From assembly GCA_964016885.1 (NCBI GenBank), contig OZ024741.1:228470001-228534000 (forward strand): a stretch of 64,000 nt of DNA, given 5' to 3'. This document shows, one piece after another, positions 14,000 to 26,119 of the stretch. Source of the DNA: Eledone cirrhosa (lineage: Eukaryota). The notes under the pieces are model-generated. The model was not told the DNA's origin. It made no database searches and saw only the letters and a program-made list of their open reading frames with translations. Position 1 is the first letter of the stretch; the number at the start of each line of letters is the position of its first letter. A program made the translations under genes and the position numbers.

Positions 14000-14700
14000 A
14001 TATATATAGCCATCACCACTACTACAACCACCACCATCACTAATACAGACATGTCCACTTCTACAACTACTACAGCCACCACCACTACTACAACCACCAC
14101 CTTTACTACAACCAACACCACTACTACACCCACCAACCATCACAACTACCACCACCACCAAAAGAGCCCCGCTATCACCAACCAACCACTGCCAACATCC
14201 CACCAATTGTGCCATCTTATCACTGCAACCAGCCACTACTACCAACACTCCGCTACTATCATCATCACTAACATTGTCACGACACCTACAACCATCACCA
14301 ATGTCTTTAATATAACCACCACCACAACTACTACCAGCACTACCACCACTACCACAACCACGACGACGACGACGACGACCTCCACCACACCACCACCACC
14401 ACCACCACCACCACCACTGCTACCACTACAACACGCAGCATTACCAGCCCACCATTACCCCATCATAATAACCATCACTAACACCACCAAAAACCACCTC
14501 CACCACCACCACCACCACCACCACCACCACCACCACCACCACCACCACTGCTACCACTACAACAAGCAGCATTACCAGCCCACCATTACCCCATCATAAT
14601 AACCATCACTAACACCACCAAAAACCACCACCACCACCACCGCCAACACCACCACCACCACCAACACCACCACCGCCGCCGCCATCACTAACACCACTTT
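14000..14700. repeat. (ACC)n-rich low-complexity tract with an internal duplication of about 130 bp
   Basis: GCAGCATTACCAGCCCACCATTACCCCATCATAATAACCATCACTAACACC at about 14435 and 14565. Confidence 0.8.
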
Positions 14701-14939
14701 CACAAACAACGAAAACATCATTTTCCAGTGTCGAGCGGTTTTGTAGAATTCTGTTCATTTCTGTCAACAAGCCGTCACTTCCGGCTTAATGGCTTGCGCG
14801 GCTTTCACGCTAGGCGTCGCCACCTGTCCTTCCTTCCTTACTTCCTCTCGTGCGCTCGTGCGCCGGTGACGAAAAGCTGCTTGTCAATTGCTCACCTTAC
14901 AAGATCCCTGTGTCCCCGTTTCCGTATCAGTTATTATAA

Positions 14940-15489
14940 CACACACATACACATACTTACATACACACACATAAGCACACACTAACACACATATAGACAC
15001 ATATTCTCACATACATACGCACACTCATATATATATCTCTCTCTATATATATATATATATACATACATACATACACACTTTTGCACATAAACACGTGCTC
15101 ACACACACATACTTACATACACACACATAAGCACACACTAACACACATATAGACACATATTCTCACATACATACGCACACTCATATAGCTCTCTCTCTCT
15201 ATATATATATACATACATACACACTTTTGCACATAAACACGCGCACACACACACACACATACTTACATACACACACATAAGCACACACTAACACACATAT
15301 AGACACATATTCTCACATACATACGCACACTCATATATATCTCTCTCCATATATATATATATACATACATACACACTTTTGCACATAAACACGCACACAC
15401 ACACACACACACATACTTACATACACACACATAAGCACACACTAACACACATATAGACACATATTCTCACATACATACGCACACTCATA

Positions 15490-15523
<34 letters not shown>

Positions 15524-15570
15524 CATACATACATACACACTTTCGCACATAAACACGTGCTCACACACAC
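14940..15570. repeat. Minisatellite, 4 x about 155 bp
   Basis: ACATACTTACATACACACACATAAGCACACACTAACACACATATAGACACATATTCTCAC repeated at about 14951, 15107, 15257, 15411. Confidence 0.85.
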
Positions 15571-15934
15571 ACAAAAACACACACACATATATATATGCGT
15601 GTGTGTATGTGTGTCTAAATATATACGCACACCCATATGTATGTTTCCATCACACATACATAATACCCTAATATACGCACTCATACACACGCGCATTTTC
15701 TACACATACATATATGTATATACAATATCCTACCTACATACATACAAACATACAAACATACAAACATACATACATAAAGACATACTTACATACAAACACA
15801 AATATATACATACATACACATATACATACATACATACATATATACATACATACATACATACATACATACACTTATATATACATATACATCTACATATATA
15901 CCTACCTACCTACATACATACATACATACATACA

Positions 15935-15966
<32 letters not shown>

Positions 15967-16469
15967 CATGTACATACACATATACACACATGCATTCACA
16001 AATACACATACAAAATACACAAATAATGCATACATACACATAAATACATAAATACATACACAAATATATACATACATACATACAAACATACACATACACA
16101 CAACTCCTCTAGAGCTGAATTTATTTACCTCCACCCGCCCCTTCCATATCCTCTTCCGCCTTCAATACATACCTTAATTATTCCATATACCTTCCCCATC
16201 TCCCAACTAACTCTCCCTTTCTCTGCGAGTCCCTTTTCATTTCATATTTCACACTCTCTATCTCTCTATCTCTTTCGTTCAGCTTCCCCCGAAATGTTGA
16301 GTACTGTTATCTACCTGACCCCCAACTAATTTACATCACCATTACCATGACCACCACCATTGATATCGTCATCATCAGCAATACCAACGACATCATCATC
16401 TTTAACATCATAAACATAAGCACCACCACTACTACGATCACCATCATCATTAGCACCCATATCATTCTA

Positions 16470-17005
16470 ATAATTGTTTCTACTTTTTGGCACAAGGCCA
16501 GCAATTATTCCAGTGCATTCCTGGTGCTTTATTTTATCGACCCCGTAAGGATGAAAGGCAAAATTAATCTGGGCGGGATTTGAAATCAGACCGTAAACGG
16601 CCGTAACTCTATGCTGCAAAGCATGGCGTCCGACCCTCTACCGATACTTTTCAGCATAGAGTTATGGCCCTTTACGTTCTGACTTCAAATCCCGCGTAGG
16701 TTAACTTTGCCTTTCATCCTTACGGGGTCGATAAAATAAAGTACCAGTCTCGCACTGCTGTTGATTTAATCGACTTTCCCCTCCCTCAAAATTGCTGCCC
16801 TTGTGCCTAAATAAGAAACCATCATTATCATAATGGGTGGTGGACACCATGCTTTCCAGCATAGAGTTATGACCCTTTACGTTCTGAGTTCAAATCCCAC
16901 CGAGGTTAACTTTGCTTTTCACCCTTACGGGGTCGATAAAATAAAGCTCCAGTAATACACTGGGATAATTGCTGGCCTTGTGCCAAAAGTAGAAACAATT
17001 ATTAT
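16470..17005. mobile_element. Cluster of three family A SINEs (-, +, +)
   Basis: About 16470-16648 minus, 16652-16825 plus, 16835-17005 plus. Confidence 0.85.
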
Positions 17006-17659
17006 CCTCATCATCATTACCATCTTCCCCGTGACCGAAGCCACCATTGTCTTTATCACCACTTTCTCCTCTTCATCTTTATTCAGAGCATTTCTTTCCT
17101 AATTATTTTCTCTATTTCTTTGCCCTTTTGTCTCTCATGACCCTTATAAAATTACCAACCATCACTACCCTCACCGATTAGACGACATTTTATAAATCAC
17201 TGATCCACGATCATTCTAGTTTGTATACAGAGAACAGGTTCATCGCCCTCCTCGACAATATGACAAATATCACAGTACGTGTGTATCTGTAGAGACTGTT
17301 ACGAACCAGCAATGACGTGGTTGAACTTCCAGACCTAAGACCATTGGTCTTCTACCATCTTACACCTGAAATTTCACTGGGAAAAGCTGTTCAAACTATT
17401 CATATCAGTTTTTCACCTCCACATCCTTCCAATATAGTCTTCTCCCCGATATCGTCACTTATATCCTAGAATAACCCTTCACAATAATGCAAGGATGGAC
17501 GTTCCATCAATTGCATTGTCAAGATGATAGAAATACGTGAGCGTCCTACATCTTGAGATGTCAAACAACCGCTCTTAGACGAACACTGACATGTATGCAA
17601 GTATTGATCGGTAACCGCCGATGAGTTTGAGAGAAAGTAGGTGAAAAAGAAATGTGGAG

Positions 17660-17802
17660 GAAGAATTGACCCCAGTATTCGAAAGGAGGAACGACAAAGT
17701 TGATCGCGGAGGTATTTGAACTCAGCGAGTGCAGAGAGCCAGAACCAATATCGCAAAGCATTGTATTCGACATTTTAACGACTCTGCCAATTCACCGCCT
17801 CC
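17660..17802 (-). mobile_element. Diverged SINE family A relative
   Basis: GGTATTTGAACTCAG and TCTGCCAATTCACCGCC head. Confidence 0.55.
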
Positions 17803-18550
17803 AAAATTGATTTATGTCTGCAGTTTGTAAGACAAGTATCAAAGAAAATATTCTTTGATATTCATATGAACATCCACCTGTTTTAGAAACTGCAATGTGT
17901 AGATACTGTTGTACTTTAGCATCATTTTCCATGAACAAAATGAGAGTGGTGTATTAATTATCTACATAGTAATGCCAAATGTCTATAATGTTAAGCGAAA
18001 GCTAGCTGAAATGCTAAGAGATGACGCTGATTTAGCTGGGAAATTAATAACATTATAGCAGTTCATGAATGTTTTCATCAAATCTGTAATTGGTAAAACC
18101 GAAATGTTACACAACCTCTTTTGTAAAGATTACTTATAAAGATAGTCATAGATACGTTTCAGAAAATATCAACACTGAGAACTGTTTATGTTGTTAAATA
18201 TGGAATTAGATACATTATAACAATTAAGGAATGCATGCATCATGCCATTTGTAATTGGTACAACCAAAATGTTATAAAATCACTCTTGAAAAGATATTGA
18301 CAGATTACTCCATCAGGATAGATATAGGCACATTCAATAAAATAGCTCTACTTTTAGAGTTGCCAACACAAAATCCCAATTTTATGTTAAATTTCAGAAG
18401 AAAATATGCCAAAAAATGCTTTAAAAATGCTACATCGGAAAAAAGAATGTTTAAGTTCAATCATAATATAATAAAGGGGGGAGTGCGGGACTGTGTCCTG
18501 GATATATTTTTTTATCCCGGTAGTAAAATAAGTTGGATTACTTTGAATAA

Positions 18551-18880
18551 ATAATTGTTTCTACTTTTGGCACCAGCCCAGCAATTATCCCAGTGCATTA
18601 CTGGTACTTTATTTTATCGACCCCGTAAGGATGAAAGGCAAAGTTAACCTCGGCGGGATTTGAACTCAGATCATAAAGGGAGGTAACTATATGCTTCAAA
18701 GCATGGCGCCCGACCCTCTACCGATACTGCCAATCCACATAATTGTTTCTACTTTAGGCACAAGGCCAGAAATTACCCAGTGTATTACTGGTACTCTGGG
18801 TAATTGCTGGCCTTGTGCCTAAAGTAGAAACAATTATGTGGATTGGCAGTATCGGTAGAGGGTCGGGTGCCAATCCACAT
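18551..18880. mobile_element. SINE family A (-) plus SINE-derived fold-back
   Basis: Full minus copy about 18551-18738; 18704-18780 inverted against 18796-18871. Confidence 0.85.
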
Positions 18881-20333
18881 AATGAATGAATATAACATAA
18901 TTTATCTACTAAATTTCGTAGCTGTTGATTAAACATAAATATTCTTATATATAATGATTGCATATTTTAAGATTCACTTCTTTTAAAATTTCCAAATGTC
19001 AATACTTCCGGTTATGATATAACGGACGCTATATCACATATCGTTTGTATAAACGTTCATATATTTGCATCATTATATCATAACGTTTCTATTTCCGTCG
19101 CTAATTTTCTCCTTTGCCGTTTTCATTAGATTTCACCGTAATGCAGTTTATATATAATATCGTCTTTTTTAAAAGTATCATGGATTATTTTACTTACAGA
19201 AGAGAGTCTAACACAGTCTCATTTCAATTTCTGTGCATATTGTCAATTACGATTTTATTTGACGTATCATATCTACATGCATATATATATTTGCGTATAA
19301 TATCAATATGCGCACTACACATGCTAGCAGAAAACCACCCGAAGCGTGGATTTTAAGCTAGTTATATTAAAAAGGTTTTATTTGCATTTTATTTTCAGTC
19401 CTTAATTACATTCAGCATTCAGAAATAATTTCTTCAATTTCACTGATTTGTTTACTTTTAGCTTCAATCTCTGCGTCTTAATTTTTGTCTGCATCCAAGG
19501 TCCCAATCTTGTTAAATATAGGTTTTGGTGTGTGAAAGTTTTTACAGCATTTGTCATATCCTTTTAAGCCGCAATCTTGGGTCAAGAGGAGACTCAGGCT
19601 GGGCGCCTGACATTTAGAATGTGGCCAGGCGCTCACAACCCTCCACCAGGTGGGCAATGCCGCCAGTGAAAATTCCACTCCAGATTTCTATAGAAATAAC
19701 CCTTGCTTCATGACCAAAAGAGATGTTTAGAAACCACAGAAAGGTAACAAGCTGGAAATTGACCAGCTAGAAACAGCAGTTGTATTCCTCTGAAAGTATA
19801 CCCTACAAACTTAAAGAAGAATACGGTGATGAATTTGGTCTCTGATATACAAAAGAAAAATGGGGTGATCATAGTTGGAAGACATTTGATAAGAGGTATA
19901 CTGTACTTCGGATTTACCTGAATATAACATAACATCTACACTGTCATCAACATCACCCACAATCATAACTAAAACGACAACCAAGGCAGCTACCAATACT
20001 ACCACCAATACAATCATCCCCATCTCATTCACCACCACTAACAACAACAAAAACGCTGCCACCACCAACAACAATAACTAACCGCCACCAGCACCACCAA
20101 CATCACTGTCACCACCACCAATATCACTACCACCACCTCCAATTTCACCACCACCACCAACATCCCCCCTCCACCATAAACACCGCCACCACCGTCAATA
20201 GCATTTTTCTTTGTTTAACTGTTTTCTTTCGTTCCAAGTTTCATTTTCTTTCACTTCTTCCGTTACTTTCTTCTTGTTTGTCTTTCTTTCTTGCGTTCTT
20301 TCTCTTGTAATTATTTATTTCGTCCATAACTTC

Positions 20334-20472
20334 CTTCTTCTTCTTCTTCTTCTTCTTCTTCTTCTTCTTCTTCTTCTTCTTCTTCTTCTTCTTCTTCTTC
20401 TTCTTCTTCTTCTTCTTCTTCTTCTTCTTCTTCTTCTTCTTCTTCTTCTTCTTCTTCTTCTTCTTCTTCTTC
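20334..20472. repeat. (CTT)n microsatellite
   Basis: Pure trinucleotide run. Confidence 0.95.
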
Positions 20473-20760
20473 TCATTATTATTATCCTCTTCTGTCATAT
20501 ATTCCATTACCTCCCTCCTCACTCCTCTCTTTTCCATCTTTCATCAGCAGATGACAATAAAAATGTGTAATTGGAGAGTTTAATATTGCATCGTTGTCAA
20601 ATCCAGCGTTGGAGAGCTGAAAATGGAGAGCTCTCTCATGATGTCTCTCTATCCTGTACTACCACTATACCACCACCACCACCAGCTTCTCTTGTCTAAT
20701 ACCGTCTCCTTTATCCCTTTCTCCACTCTGTCTTTCTGCCTGTCTGTTTTCTCTCTTTAT

Positions 20761-20882
<122 letters not shown>

Positions 20883-20951
20883 CACACACACATATATATA
20901 TATATATTACTTCAAAATATTAATAAATATAGACATTCATGTGATCAAATA

Positions 20952-21017
20952 TATTTTATTATACATATTTCAGAGATACTGTGCTATTTCAACAGTACGT
21001 CCTCATCAGATAAAATA
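20952..21017 (-). ncRNA. Type I hammerhead ribozyme, inverted arm
   Basis: TATTTTAT-CTGATGA-GGACGTACTGTTG(aaa)TAGCACAGTATCTCT-GAAATATGTATA-ATAAAATA. Confidence 0.8.
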
Positions 21018-21797
21018 GGTTGATGCTTGACATACCTTGACTATGTTGATGGTTATAATTTAGCCATGGCAGTGATTAGTTATGGCAAAACTCAATATTT
21101 ATATACCTTGAGTTGAAACATGAAAAATTACATATAATACAGAGGGTGCGTATGGGAATGTGTAAAAAGATCTATAAATAATTAATAATATATAATACAT
21201 AAACTTCTATAACTGTTAAAAATGTATATAATAATAATATATTTATACCTTTTTATTGTTGATAGTGGAAGTGATAGATCGAGATAGCAAATCATGAGGA
21301 AAGAGAGAAAAAGAGAAAAAAGAGAAAAAAAGAAGAAAAAAGGAAGATTTGATCGTAGGAACTAGAGAAGGGAGAAATGATCAAATGATAGAGAGAGGAA
21401 AATAAGTTAAATCGTATACTCAAAGGGAGGGAGATATGTATTGTAACATGTAAATAGCGTATAATTAGATAGGGGGAAAGAATAATGCGTGACCGTTTAT
21501 TTTCAAATCTAAAGTTAATTGAAAATAGTTAATTAATCAAATGACCTAAGATTTTAGACTATACAATTTTAAAGAATTTATATTGTTGTATTATATATGA
21601 GTTCAAGCAAATGTAACGTGAAAGAGATACATTTATGTCTATCATAACTCCAAATGTATTCACAAGTATATTTAAAAGTATATTAAAATCAAGAATATAA
21701 TCAATATACAAGTAAAAAAAAACCTTTTGTCATAACTAATCACTGCCATGACTAAATTATAACCATCAACATAGTCAAGGTATGTCAGGCATCAACT

Positions 21798-21863
21798 TAT
21801 TTTATCTGATGAAGACGTACTGTTGAAATAGCTTAGTATCTCTGAAATATGTATAATAAAATA
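21798..21863 (+). ncRNA. Type I hammerhead ribozyme
   Basis: Stem I TATTTTAT/ATAAAATA, CTGATGA, bulged stem II, GAAA-TATGTATA (AUA site). Confidence 0.82.
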
Positions 21864-22003
21864 TATTTGATCACATGAATGTCTATATTTATTAATATTT
21901 TGATGTAATATTAATAACTCCAGAAACCAGCTGTAGAGTGCTTATAATCTATTGTGAAACTTTATTCATTGATGAATTCATTGAACGTTGTTAAACTTTT
22001 AAT

Positions 22004-22058
<55 letters not shown>

Positions 22059-22137
22059 GGAAAAAATGAAACGAAATTTCATTTCTCACGTACGGCTGTT
22101 ATATACTTATATATATATATATACATTTATATAGGAA

Positions 22138-22238
22138 AAGAGTCAGGACCCCGACGGCTGAGCTCCGGCCGTTTCGACAGCTAGATCCGATCTAGCTGTC
22201 GAAACGGCCGGAGTTCAACAGTCGGGGTCCTGTCTCTT
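22138..22238. repeat. About 100-bp GC-rich palindrome in (TA)n
   Basis: AAGAGTCAGGACCCCGAC...CCGGCCGTTTCGACAGCTAGATC-C-GATCTAGCTGTCGAAACGGCCGG...GTCGGGGTCCTGTCTCTT. Confidence 0.9.
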
Positions 22239-22249
22239 ATATATATATA

Positions 22250-22385
22250 TATAGATGAGATTCTACAGGACTAGAACTCTTCTAGTCCTGTAGAATCTCA
22301 TCTATATTAAAACTTTTATACGCTGCTATGTATTGAGTACCTTACTTACTGTGGTTACCTCCGATTTAACCCGGAATAACTTAGC
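22250..22385 (+). mobile_element. Short pLTR 3' fragment with fold-back end
   Basis: ATAGATGAGATTCTACAGGACTAGAA/TTCTAGTCCTGTAGAATCTCATCTAT; homologous to 60767-60875 (minus). Confidence 0.75.
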
Positions 22386-22426
22386 TATATATATATATTT
22401 ATAAATATATATATATATATATATGT

Positions 22427-22995
22427 AAGGCAGAGTTAATATCTCATACTGATACCCTGCAATTAACAAGCTCAAAGTATAAATACTGACCATTTTAGAC
22501 ACACAATTTACTGTGTTTATTTCTACATATATTATTATTAAAATGCTCAGTATTTATACTTTGAGCTTGTTAATTACAGAATATCAGTATGAGTTATTAA
22601 CTCTGCCTTTTATTTGTATTTCGGCTCCCTAAATAGGTGAGCTTATAAGTTGGGTGTATTAAGGCTATTGTTTCGAGCCGGTCCACTCACACCACTTTTG
22701 ACTTCTAGCACACGAGGTGAAATATTCATTCGTGTGGCTTTTGGCTTAGGTGTTTGTTTCATTTAATCTAATTCTCTCGCTGATGATGCCCACAGATTAT
22801 CTGTTTCAAACACAATTCTCAGGGCGAAACAGATTAAATCCCTAATCTGTCCGGGAAATGTAATAGTTATTGATACGGTCTGTATATATTTTATTTTATT
22901 TTATGTACATTCCGTTTGCTTCTGGTTAAATTTCTCAAACAAATGTGGTATTTCAACCGTCGTAATTTTAGATACACAATTTACTGTGTTTATTA
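22427..22995 (+). mobile_element. About 475-bp HHR-bearing unit with terminal redundancy and an inverted 5' arm
   Basis: TTTTAGAYACACAATTTACTGTGTTTATT at about 22493 and 22966; 22427-22496 inverted against 22540-22608. Confidence 0.8.
22771..22859 (+). ncRNA. Full type I hammerhead ribozyme with stable stem III
   Basis: TCTCG-CTGATGA-T-GCCC(30 nt)GGGC-GAAACAGATTA(aatccc)TAATCTGTC-CGGGA; canonical GUC site after 22851. Confidence 0.92.
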
Positions 22996-23038
22996 ATACA
23001 TATATTATATATATATATGTATATAATATATATAGACA

Positions 23039-23108
<70 letters not shown>

Positions 23109-23109
<1 letters not shown>

Positions 23110-23144
23110 GAACGAGTAGGACCCCTACGGGGTCCTACTCGTTC
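23109..23144. repeat. Short palindrome at the start of a TA-embedded fragment
   Basis: GAACGAGTAGGACCCC(tac)GGGGTCCTACTCGTTC. Confidence 0.85.
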
Positions 23145-24609
23145 CTATTACCCACTCTACTACTTTAAGTATTGAGTACTTTGGTGCGTTATGGTCCACC
23201 TGGTTCCTTACCACATTTACTTCCTTATATATATATATATATATAATGTTGTAGCAATCCTATGTCTGCAAAAAATTGACCTTTCTATTTTGCTGTTGAG
23301 TAGCATTTTATCGTTCCTTAGGATATGCAGCAATTCAAGTTTGCAGAGCCCGCAGTCGGACATACCGCTGCTATGTGTTTGCGGCCGCCAATTTCGACCA
23401 GCTAATATTGTAATCAAGGTTTTCGTCCTTAAGTTGCCAGATTTTATTGGCGAGGGTTATAGAATTCCACTGGGATGGGGCAGTAATGTCTACAACTATC
23501 TTATCAACCCATAAATTAATCCCATCTTCACTGTTATTCACTCCTTCGGACCAAACAATTATATCTCTCATTAGCACTCTTGAGTACATTATCTTATTAC
23601 TCCTACACTCCTTGAAATCTTACTTTCCTCTTATTATTCTTATTATTATTATGAAGATCTCAATGTATCCCTAATATTATTCATTATGTTCTCTATATCT
23701 ACCATGCACATTACTATTTTATTACCTTTATTGTTTCTATTATTGTTGTTATTACTCTCTTATTTATACACGATTTGCTATTGATGCTGTGAAAACTAAA
23801 CCCCCATGTTTCGAACTAACAATCCCTATCTTTAGTATAGGCCACTTAAATAACGTATCTACAACTCCATTTAACACCACATAATAACTATCATCCTCAC
23901 TAAATTATTAAAACGAAAATGTTTATCTGTCAAATAATAACTAAATCTCCGGTTTATTGCCAGAATAGTAGATACCTCATAAATTCTGTCTCCAAATACT
24001 TTTTAGTGGTTAATGTTATCTCGTCGCCATCTCAACACTATATCTAATGTACCCTATAGCAGTTTTCACATTTCGATTCCATACATCTGTATCATATCAG
24101 TCTGTTTAACATGCTAGATTCTTCATTATACTCTATCTCTTACTTATATGGATGTTAATATTTTAACTATTTGCTATCTAGTTATTTTATTTTGTTATTG
24201 ATATTATTGTTCTGGTTTAATACCAAACCTATATAAAAGCCATGCCTTGTGTATCTTCTTCATTTCGCGTGCTCTGATGGAAACGAATGGTTATAAACAA
24301 AGTATTGGAGATCGATTGGCGCATAATCAAGCGGATAGCGAACTCTAGACCTACCAGATCAAAGAAACAATTGTCAGCAATATGAATAAAGCCCTTATTG
24401 TATAGCGAACCATGTCACTTTTCTTTGTTGAATTATTATTACTCCAAGTATAAACTACATAGAAATCACCGCGAACTCGCAGCATCACTATGGAAACGTC
24501 TTGTTGAGTCAAACTAAGCCACACGTTAATACTATCCACTACACGAAATACAAATACTCCAACTGGACTACATCTAAGTGGACTGCCTATAACGATAACC
24601 TATTATCCC

Positions 24610-24650
<41 letters not shown>

Positions 24651-24870
24651 GGTAGCTACCAATCACCCAGCAGCGTTTAGCTATGCTGTTTCACAAAATT
24701 AATTGTGAAGAGGAATACCGATTCTTGCTCATCAGTGGGTGAAGAATTAGTATCCTGGTCACACTAAGAGTTTGTGAGACACGTTAGATTCCGATACCGT
24801 ATGCGTTATTATATATACGCACACTATTCAATTTTTTATTATACTTGGAAGTGACCAGGATATTAATTCT

Positions 24871-24951
24871 TCACCCACTGATGAGCAAGAATCGGTATTC
24901 CTCTTCACAATTAATTTTGCAAAAGAGCATAGCGAAATGCTGTCTGGGTGA
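24871..24951 (+). ncRNA. Hammerhead ribozyme, copy 1, enlarged domain II
   Basis: TCACCCA-CTGATGA-GC...GC-GAAATGCTGTC-TGGGTGA. Confidence 0.78.
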
Positions 24952-25389
24952 TTGGTAGTTACTACAATTCCGGTTTGTATGTATTTTCTTAATTTATTCT
25001 TAAATTGAGTCTGTCAAACCCTATTGTCCATAATTAGTATTCTTTTTACCTTAGCGATTCTGGTCCCTTACGATTTGAACACATGTATGTATATCTGTGT
25101 TTATCTTTCTTTTATATTCAATTATAATATAGGGCTCGGAAAAATCTCTTTCCTAGAGCTATTTTATTGTAAGAGAGTATTTTGAGTTTCTAACTCAATA
25201 TATACCTTTGATATATTCGACTCCGTTAATTTGTTGAGCTAATTCAAATGTCGAGTAAACCTGGCTGCTAGTTTTAGTGGTGTGAAGTGGTGAGACACGT
25301 TAGATTCCGATACCATATGCGTTATTATATATACGCACACTATTCAATTTTTTAATAATATACTTGGAAGTGACCAGGATACTAATTCT

Positions 25390-25470
25390 TCACCCACTGA
25401 TGAGCAAGAATCGGTATTCCTCTTCACAATTAATTTTGCAAAAGAGCATAGCGAAACGCTGTCTGGGTGA
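25390..25470 (+). ncRNA. Hammerhead ribozyme, copy 2
   Basis: TCACCCA-CTGATGA-GC...GC-GAAAC(gct)GTC-TGGGTGA; site after 25463. Confidence 0.85.
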
Positions 25471-25908
25471 TTGGTAGTTACCACAATTCCGGTTTGTATG
25501 TATTTTCTTAATTTATTCTTAAATTGAGTCTGTCAAACCCTATTGTCCATAATTAGTATTCTTTTTACCTTAGCGATTCTGGTCCCTTACGATTTGAACA
25601 CATGTATGTATATCTGTGTTTATCTTTCTTTTATATTCAATTATAATATAGGGCTCGGAAAAATCTCTTTCCTAGAGCTATTTTATTGTAAGAGAGTATT
25701 TTGAGTTTCTAACTCAATATATACCTTTGATATATTCGACTCCGTTAATTTGTTGAGCTAATTCAAATGTCGAGTAAACCTGGCTGCTAGTTTTAGTGGT
25801 GTGAAGTGGTGAGACACGTTAGATTCCGATACCATATGCGTTATTATATATACGCACACTATTCAATTTTTTAATAATATACTTAGAAGTGACCAGGATA
25901 CTAATTAT

Positions 25909-25989
25909 TCATCCACTGATGAGCAAGAATCGGTAGTCCTCTTCACAATTAATTTTGCGAAGCAGCAAAGCCAAACGCTGTCTGGATGA
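25909..25989 (+). ncRNA. Hammerhead ribozyme, copy 3, core mutated (CAAA)
   Basis: Stem I TCATCCA/TGGATGA is a compensatory variant; GAAA changed to CAAA. Confidence 0.65.
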
Positions 25990-26028
25990 TTGGTAGTTAC
26001 CACAATTCCGGTTTGTATTTATTTTCTT

Positions 26029-26118
<90 letters not shown>

Positions 26119-26119
26119 T

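Larger units (their letters stand above)
20904..22005. mobile_element. PLE-type 3' fragment with inverted 5' arm
   Basis: 20904-21090 is the reverse complement of 21726-21911; HHR in both arms; (TA)n flanks. Confidence 0.85.
24647..26030 (+). repeat. Tandem array of about 2.4 x 519 bp HHR-bearing units with an inverted 5' arm
   Basis: CTGATGA at 24878, 25397 and 25916; 24647-24762 is an inverted partial copy; (TA)n on both sides. Confidence 0.95.

Noticed and set aside
17160-19930. Complex non-repetitive stretches (17160-17560, 17820-18550, 19440-19930) as host exons
   Set aside because: No sustained reading frame or recognisable domain; likely old transposon remnants, undecidable without a homology search
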